A DNA stretch of 50,434 bases from Guillardia theta CCMP2712 (taxonomy: Eukaryota; Protista; Cryptophyta), in assembly GCF_000315625.1 (NCBI RefSeq), contig NW_005434623.1, forward strand, positions 481,369 to 531,802, given 5' to 3'. The notes under the pieces were generated by a model. That model saw nothing but the letters and a program-made list of their open reading frames with translations, did no database searches and was not told the DNA's origin. Positions 43,261 to 50,434 of the stretch are shown here, one piece after another; the first letter of the stretch is position 1; each line of letters starts with the position of its first letter. The position numbers were made by a program, and so were the translations under genes.

Positions 43261-44414
43261 TCCTCCTGTTCCTCATTCTTCCCGTTCTCTTTGTTCTTGC
43301 CCCATTCCCCCTCCTCCTCCCCGTCCTCCTCTCAATTCTCCACTTTTGCTTCTTCTTCCGCCTGCTCTTCTTCGTTGGCTGATTGTCTGGAAGGGGGGAG
43401 ATCGAGGCGAGGGCTCTACCGCAGACAGGCAGGACTGGAGGAGGGACTGGAGGGATCGATGCCTTCTTCCATGCACCTCCCTCATTCAGACTTGAGGTCA
43501 ACGTCCTCCTCCTGCTCCCCCTGCTCCCCCTGCTCCCCCTGCTTCTGCTCCTTCTTCTGCTCCTGCTCCTCCCCTCACTTGCTCGCAGCTCCTCGGACCT
43601 CGAACGAGAATCAGCAGCAGACAAGTCGCTGGGAGATCAGGAGCTGGTGCCAATGCCCAAGGAGGTGAGGACAGGGAGGGATGGGAGGGAGGGNNNNNNN
43701 NNNNNNNNNNNNNNNNNNNNNNNNNNNNNNNNNNNNNNNNNNNNNNNNNNNNNNNNNNNNNNNNNNNNNNNNNNNNNNNNNNNNNNNNNNNNNNNNNNNN
43801 NNNNNNNNNNNNNNNNNNNNNNNNNNNNNNNNNNNNNNNNNNNNNNNNNNNNNNNNNNNNNNNNNNNNNNNNNNNNNNNNNNNNNNNNNNNNNNNNNNNN
43901 NNNNNNNNNNNNNNNNNNNNNNNNNNNNNNNNNNNNNNNNNNNNNNNNNNNNNNNNNNNNNNNNNNNNNNNNNNNNNNNNNNNNNNNNNNNNNNNNNNNN
44001 NNNNNNNNNNNNNNNNNNNNNNNNNNNNNNNNNNNNNNNNNNNNNNNNNNNNNNNNNNNNNNNNNNNNNNNNNNNNNNNNNNNNNNNNNNNNNNNNNNNN
44101 NNNNNNNNNNNNNNNNNNNNNNNNNNNNNNNNNNNNNNNNNNNNNNNNNNNNNNNNNNNNNNNNNNNNNNNNNNNNNNNNNNNNNNNNNNNNNNNNNNNN
44201 NNNNNNNNNNNNNNNNNNNNNNNNNNNNNNNNNNNNNGTCCCTTCCCTTCTACATCTCTCCTCTTCCACCCTGTCCCCTGCGTCCCTCGCCTCCTCCCTC
44301 CCTCCCCTCCTCCCCTGCCTCCTCCCTTCCACTTTCTCCCCTCTCACTCTTGTACCAGATCGCTCGGTCGACGCTCTTCATGAGCCTCTCAATCCAGGAG
44401 CACATGGCCCTTGA
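39008..44414 (+). CDS. CPA1-family Na+/H+ exchanger (NHX/NHE-type), many exons, spans two gaps; 3' end approximate
   Basis: FFLYLVPSIL|YESGYSLNQKDFFRNF, FGSLLSATDPVATL, LYSIIFGESVLNDAVAIV, GLSGLMAVFFSGVVMSHY, WFSGLRGAIAFALS. Confidence 0.93.
40186..40285. other. Assembly gap (100 N)
   Basis: N run. Confidence 1.
41688..41761 (+). repeat. (CTG)n microsatellite in an NHX intron
   Basis: Seen directly. Confidence 0.95.
43694..44237. other. Assembly gap (544 N)
   Basis: N run. Confidence 1.
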
Positions 44415-44600
44415 GGAGAGGATGCATGCGCTGTGTCTCCTCTCCTCTCCTCCTCTCGGCCCCACTTGTGAGATAGTCTTCCCCTCCTCTCCTTCACATG
44501 CCCGACCATCTTCAACTTGCCACTTTACATGTATTATCACATCCTGTATGTACATGAATCGCACCCTTCCACCCTCCCCCTCCCCCTCTCCTTCTTGCGT

Positions 44601-45201
44601 TCAGTTGCTCTTCGCACGTTCGAAGCTGTTTTCCTCCGTCTGCCTCCTTTCCCTTGCCCTCTGTGCCTCTTTCTCCATCCGATGCACAGCAATCACAGCG
44701 TCTGCTCCCACATGGAATTTGCTTCTCATCACAGGCTTGGGAGGATGCAGATCTTTCATCGTCACCAGACCATCCAGCGCTCCTCCCGAGTGCGTCCGAC
44801 CAACAGGAACGGAAACGAAGGAGGGGCACAGCAGGACGCCTGTGGCTTCAGCCAGTAGCTTCTCTCCTTCCTCCTTGTTCCCCTCCTCCACAAGCAGCGA
44901 CCCCAGGCCGACTAGACAAGGAACCTGCAACACGCTATGAGTCTTTCTGAGAGAGGGAAGCAGAGGACAAGGTCATGGCAGCAGCACAAGCAACAACAGA
45001 AGAAGTATCTCCGAGCATGCAACATGAGAAGTGTCTTACATGCTTGCGGTTCCTCCTAATGCCTTCCCGCCAGCAGCTCTCTGCTTCTTCCAACTGTCCA
45101 GCCTTGTGAAGTTTCACTCCTTCGTTGTACAGAGCATCGATGCTCTTGGAGCTGATGGACAGAGTCCGTTCGATGGACCCTCTTCGTTCACTTGTCATCA
45201 T
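44601..45201 (-). CDS. Small TPR-containing protein, 2 exons
   Basis: ALYNEGVKLHKAGQLEEAESCWREGIRRNRKH|VPCLVGLGSLLVEEGNKEEGEKLLAEA forms two TPR-like helical pairs across a GT-AG intron. Confidence 0.7.
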
Positions 45202-45257
45202 TTTTCTCGCTTGCTGATATTATCAATTGCCTTTCTTGTTCGTCACAGTATCTTCTA

Positions 45258-45360
45258 TCTTGTCTTGTCTTGTCTTGTCTTGTCTTGTCTTGTCTTGTCT
45301 TGTCTTGTCTTGTCTTGTCTTGTCTTGTCTTGTCTTGTCTTGTCTTGTCTTGTCTTGTCT
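45258..45360 (+). repeat. (TCTTG)n microsatellite
   Basis: Perfect pentanucleotide run. Confidence 0.96.
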
Positions 45361-46258
45361 CCTGTTCTCTCTTCGTTGTTTTCCTCTCCTCGGATTTTCT
45401 TGCTGGTGTTTCCTCAACTCTCGGGCCGAGTTCTTGGGTTGTTGATTTTTTCCCCTCCTCCCTTGATGGTGGGTGGGGTGGTCTATCCTCCCCTCTATTT
45501 CCGCGTTTTTGTGAGGGTAATCTAGCGATATTTAAGACGACAGGGGGTAGGGGTCATTCACTTCCGTTTGATGAGGGGAGGAGGGTTGGATCGTGTGGGC
45601 GATGACATGGGGGTGGGTTCAGAAAGGGGGTAGTGGGTGCCAAGAATGAGAGTTGAGGTATCAAAAGTGGGGGTACATACCAGATATAAGGGGGGTCTTC
45701 ATTCTGTCAAGGGGATCAGATTTGTAGCTATGGTGGTACCCTGGTAAAGCTGATGGCCTTACACACAAGTTAAAACTCTGAATGATAGTGGGTGGGGTAC
45801 TGACAAGTACGGGTCATTTTAATAAGTATTTGAGGGGTCATAAGGGTACTTGGCGGGAGTAAAAGCTACTTGGGAAGGTGGGGATATTTTTAGTGGCCGC
45901 CACCTCCAGATGGGACCACCCCCTGGTTTTCCCTTGAACCCCCATCCTTCGCATCTCACCCCTATTTCTCCATGATATCACCCCTACTTATGACCACCAA
46001 TAGACATATTCCCTCTACCCCACCCTCCTTTTTAAGGCTAGTTTGTACTGTCGCGAGAAGTTTCATCTCCACCCCAGAATCTCCCCCCCCACCACCCACC
46101 CTCTCAACACTTCTTTACTCAACACTAGTTGTCATTTGGAGCTCTCATGGTGGCATGGCAGTAGGATCAGCTTCAGCAGCATCCAACATGAACCAACACG
46201 ATCCTCCCTCCTGCCTCCTGCCTCCTGCCTCCTCCTCCTCCTCCTGCTCCTCCTCCAC

Positions 46259-46311
<53 letters not shown>

Positions 46312-46948
46312 TCTCGTGATATGTCATCTTGGTATGTCCCTACTATCTCCTACCTGCTTTTCCTCTTTGCCATGATGTGATCTACGTCTGTGAATCATCG
46401 CAACGCCTTTCTGCTGCTTCTAGTTTCTCTCTCTGACGATGTCTCCTACTCGTGCTCGTGCTCTTGATCCCAATCTGTCATATTCTCCTGATCTACGTAT
46501 TTATCTTCAACTGCAAATGAGATTTGCCCTTGTAAGTGACAAAGGTTGCTCTGCAGTTGCTGTTTTGCTCGGTTGCATTCGATTGTTTGTGATATGCCGT
46601 GAAAGAAAGCGTCTCAATCTTTGCCTGATTGAAAGCATCGAGTTCTTCCGGAATTCTTAGAATTTGTAGCATGAAGTGAAAGAAATGACGTTTGAAGTTG
46701 ACAATGTTTGATGAAATTGTTTCATGAGAGTATTTGAAAATTTGACACCCTCCCAATGATGACAATAAAGCTCCTTGTCTTCGTGAGTAAGGATGAGACC
46801 TTGAGGTCGCTCAACTTCCTGGCTCGCAACGTTTTGAAGACTTCCAAGTTCAGCTGGCAGTCGAGCAATCAACTCATTGAGTTTGAGTGAGCAAGCAGAA
46901 GAATCCTTATGAAAACAATAACTCAGTTTATTCTCACAACATGTCTTC

Positions 46949-49900
46949 TCATGTACAAACACTCGCATCAGCCGACTGCTCGTCCATTGTCATTAAGAGT
47001 CGTTTTGCTTGGAGCTTGGACATGTTAAGGTCTTGCATCAGCTCATCGAGAGACATGGCTCTGATCTGACTTCCTGGTACTCGCTCTTGCCGCACAACCT
47101 CCCGAACCGACTCATCGATGTTGAGCATCTCCATCAGCTCCACAACTTCTTGCCATCCCATGTCGACGATATTCTTGTTGCCATCCTTGTCCTCCTCCTC
47201 CTCTTCCACCTCACCTTCCTCTGCGATCTTGTGCGCTTGTTTCATCGTCGTCCTCTCGAACTTGCGGAAGTCTTTCTCGTCGGAGGACTTCCATTTCAAG
47301 GATATGGCGTACTCCGCATCTGTGAAGCCAAACACGCCGATGTAGATGTATCCCACAACGAAGCCTTGATCGAAAGGATGCAGAATGATCTTGTCGTCTC
47401 CGAACTCTGACTTCTTCCAGACGTTCTTCTGCTTTGTAGGGAAGGGGCACTGATTGTTCCCGATGAACAGGTCAGGGTCTCCTTTCTTGGTCTTGAGCAG
47501 CACTGTGATCCTTCCCTTGGTGACCCTATGGCGAAACTTATAGTACCTGTAGTCTCCCTTGGCTACCGAGTCTAAGAACGGCTTCTGGTTCTCTAGCAAG
47601 CGAGCCTTTCGGTTGCGGTCGACAAAGTCTATCGGCAGGGAGTCCGTGTCAAGGTTCAGCACCTCCTTGACCACTTGACTCTCTTGCCCGTCGGCGCTCT
47701 TCTTGAACTTCCCGGTAGTCTGGAAGGACTCGACGAGCTCGTTGACGTACTCGCGCTCCTCCATCACCATCTGCTTCATCTTCAACCTCTCTGACACGAT
47801 CTGCTCTCTCTGCTTCATCATCTTGATCGAAGTCTCTTGAGCGCGCGCCAGCTTCTCCTCCACCAGTTGCCTCTGGAATCGACGAGTCAAGAGTGAAGGC
47901 AGGGCAGGAGCAAGTTAGACCTTGTAGAGGCTTGCTCGTTCAGCCATCTTCATCATCTTAATCTGGTGCTCTTGTTTGATGTTGTCAATCTCTGCCTTCA
48001 GTTGTAGTCGTTTGCGCACTTGCTCAACAGCCTGGAGCGAGAGTCAAAGGAGATGGTGAGCGACACTCCTGTGCAACCTCTTGGTGGAGGATTTCAGCCG
48101 TGTCATTCTTCTCGATCATCTTCGCTTTCTTGAGCTCGAACAATCTGTCTCGTTCTGCTTTCATGACGGAACTTCGTTGGTAGTGCTCGATCTGCGCCAA
48201 ACATGACAAAGACCTTCAATCAGCGTCCCAGTCTCGTTGCATCGTAGATACATCACCTCCTTGCGCTCTCGATTCTCCCTCAGCTTTCGTTTCTTCAGCT
48301 CGATCTGATTCACCCTGTTGCTGAATTTTGACACCTGGACAGGATGTTAGCAGGTAGACCTCGGGATGTAACCAGCACGAAAACAGCCCATCAAGCTCAC
48401 TCACTAGTTTCTCCTGCAGCTCGTCGACTTTGTCTTTCAGCTGGATCTGTTTTCGTATCGCTGTTTGCATTCTCCTCCTCTCTAACTGGTGCAGCTTTCT
48501 TGACTTGATTCTCGATCGCTCGCTCAGAGTCGTCGCCAAGTCCTCGCTGTAGGAGGCAATCCCTCGCGCATGTACGCGATGGGTGTTGGCGGAGGGCTCA
48601 GCAATGTAGTTCTGTCTCGCAGCAGCTCCGAAGGCCTTGAGCTCGGGGGGGCGCCGCTTGCTGTGCTTCCTTCGGTGATGAGGATGGCGTGAGCTTGCCG
48701 GTGACGGAGCCTCTCGGCCCTTAGCTTGTCCAGCAGGTTCAGTCGTGACTTCTCGTCGAACTCCATTCTCAGCTGGATGAGGAACATCGGGTCCAGCTTG
48801 TCCTTCCTCGGCGACGCCTTGCTATGGAGAGAGCTGTTCATGTCAAGATCGCGGTAGTATTCCAAGGGACGAGGAAGGATGTCTTCTTGTAAGACACCGA
48901 ATCGTTTCATCGCCAACACGGAGTGAGGGCTGTTGATGTTTCTCTCAGGATAGTCTTCGAAGTTCTCAAGAGAAATCTTCTCCCTTGTCAAGTTCACCTC
49001 CTGCGCTCTCGCCCCTGCACTCAAAGGACGCGAGGAGTTGTCGGCAGGAGCCTCGTGCTGCCTGTGTTCGTCCGTCCTCACCTCCTCCTTCCCGCTCGAC
49101 AAGGCGCTCTTCGACAGTACAGTCTCTGTCTTCGCCCCAGGCGAGCTCACGAAGCGGAGGCGAAGACTATAAGGGGAAGCTGTTGCGGTGCGGTCAAACC
49201 TGAGCGACTTGGCTAGAGGACTCTCCGTCACAGACTTAGCAGCTGAGGGAGGGCGAGGAGTGAAGAATCTTTGTTTGTTTTCGTCTGAGTATGGAGTTCG
49301 AGCGATCCTTGGAGTCTCGAGGGTGGACGAGCGGAGAGAACCGGTTCTCTTCTGACTGACGGTTGTGTTCTGAGACATCTGCTTCCTCTCCAAATCGGAT
49401 GAGTTCAACATGTATGGCATCTGACCGCGAGTCGACGACCAGCTCTCAGCCTGCATGCTGCGCGGCTGGTCATCTTTCGCCTCCGCTCTCTTGTGGCCGA
49501 AGAGATACTTGGTCTGCATCAGCTCGGATCGATTCATCCTGTCCGAGTCCAGGTACCTGTGTCGCTTCGTCTTCACCTTCATCAGCTCGGTTTGGGAGCG
49601 CTGCAAGAACTCGTTCAGCTGCTCGCACTCTCTCCTCAGCCTCCTCTCAGTCGGAGAGACGTACACCAGAGACTCCTGGCCATAGCTCGCTTCCTCCTCC
49701 TCGCCCTTGTTCCCTTGCTTGGAGTGCGCTGCTGCTCCGGAGGGATGAATCTCCTCGTCATTGCAGTCAAGCTCGACCACATCCAATCGCGACAAGTTAG
49801 GAACGACTTGCTTCTTCTTCATCAAGTTGTTTTCGGTTTGATTCTGCCTGTAGGGCGACTGGGGAATGATCAGCACTTGTCCTCGGTGAACTGGCATGGA

Positions 49901-50092
49901 CGCCGGCAGGGTGCTCAGCCACTCAGTCATCTGCATAGAAATGTGCTGCTCCTCCTCGGCTTCAGACGTCCTGTCGTCCTTGGCGCTTCCTATGCGCTGC
50001 AAGGGCATGCTTTGAGACAAGCCAGCTGCCGGGGCCGGGGAGACCGGGCTCTTGTCCTCCCCGTTGCCCTCTGAGTTCTCTTCGAAGCACAT
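46949..50092 (-). CDS. Large coiled-coil protein with a PPC-like beta domain and C-terminal SAM-like domain; may start further upstream
   Basis: Long exons at 48524-50092 and 46949-47890. NSPHSVLAMKRFGVLQEDILPR is a CCDC177/185-like motif (recalled). YRYYKF...GDPDLFI...YIGVFG is PPC-like. WQEVVELMEML...GSQIRAMSLDELMQDLNMSKLQAKRLL is SAM-like. Confidence 0.72.
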
Positions 50093-50434
50093 GGGGTGGA
50101 GTTGGACGATGCCGGAAGACAGCTGCTCTAGAGCTCCAAGACACTTATCTAAAGCTGCTCACGCCTTCTCTAGAGCTCCGAAACAGCCGCAATGAGCCGT
50201 CCGACGAAACCTCGACATTTCTCGCGTGCAATTGAACGTGTGGGCTCCCTCAAGCGGCTCCTGCCTACCTGCCTTCATGGACAACCCACGAGCCTGAGGA
50301 AAGTCTTGTCTGTCAGGTTCTTCACCCTCTCCTCCCTCTCTACATCCCTGCACCCTCACCCCTCCCTCCCCTCCTCTCTCCCATCTCTCTCTTCTCTCCT
50401 CCGGTTCTATTCTCTGGCTCTGGGTTTGGACCCC

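Noticed and set aside
43383-44940. Long ORFs spanning X runs
   Set aside because: Artefacts of the N gap.

Overview
Gene-dense eukaryotic nuclear DNA with many short (~40-60 nt) GT-AG introns and abundant microsatellites. The style resembles a cryptophyte such as Guillardia theta, which is an inference from composition and intron style only. About 16 protein-coding genes can be traced by eye: a SAP-domain protein, cornichon, a Sel1-repeat protein, a HEAT-repeat protein, a TP53I11-like membrane protein, a predicted SMYD-type SET + JMJD4-like JmjC fusion, a COG0523/CobW (ZNG1-type) GTPase, a secreted LamG-like + 2xLysM protein, an NHX/NHE Na+/H+ exchanger, a TPR protein, a coiled-coil/SAM protein and several hypotheticals. 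The standout non-genic feature is a ~7.5 kb nest (11245-18760) built from one restriction-like-endonuclease (RLE, CRE-like) non-LTR retrotransposon. It holds head-to-tail and inverted 5'-truncated copies and at least 12 copies of the tail-less 3' terminus, several of them only 23-176 bp long and flanked by target-site duplications inside other copies. At both edges older copies decay by GC-rich micro-insertions into a palindrome-rich 'scar' sequence, and a similar ~1 kb island lies at 22608-23600. Exon boundaries were read manually and gene starts are often approximate. There are two assembly gaps.
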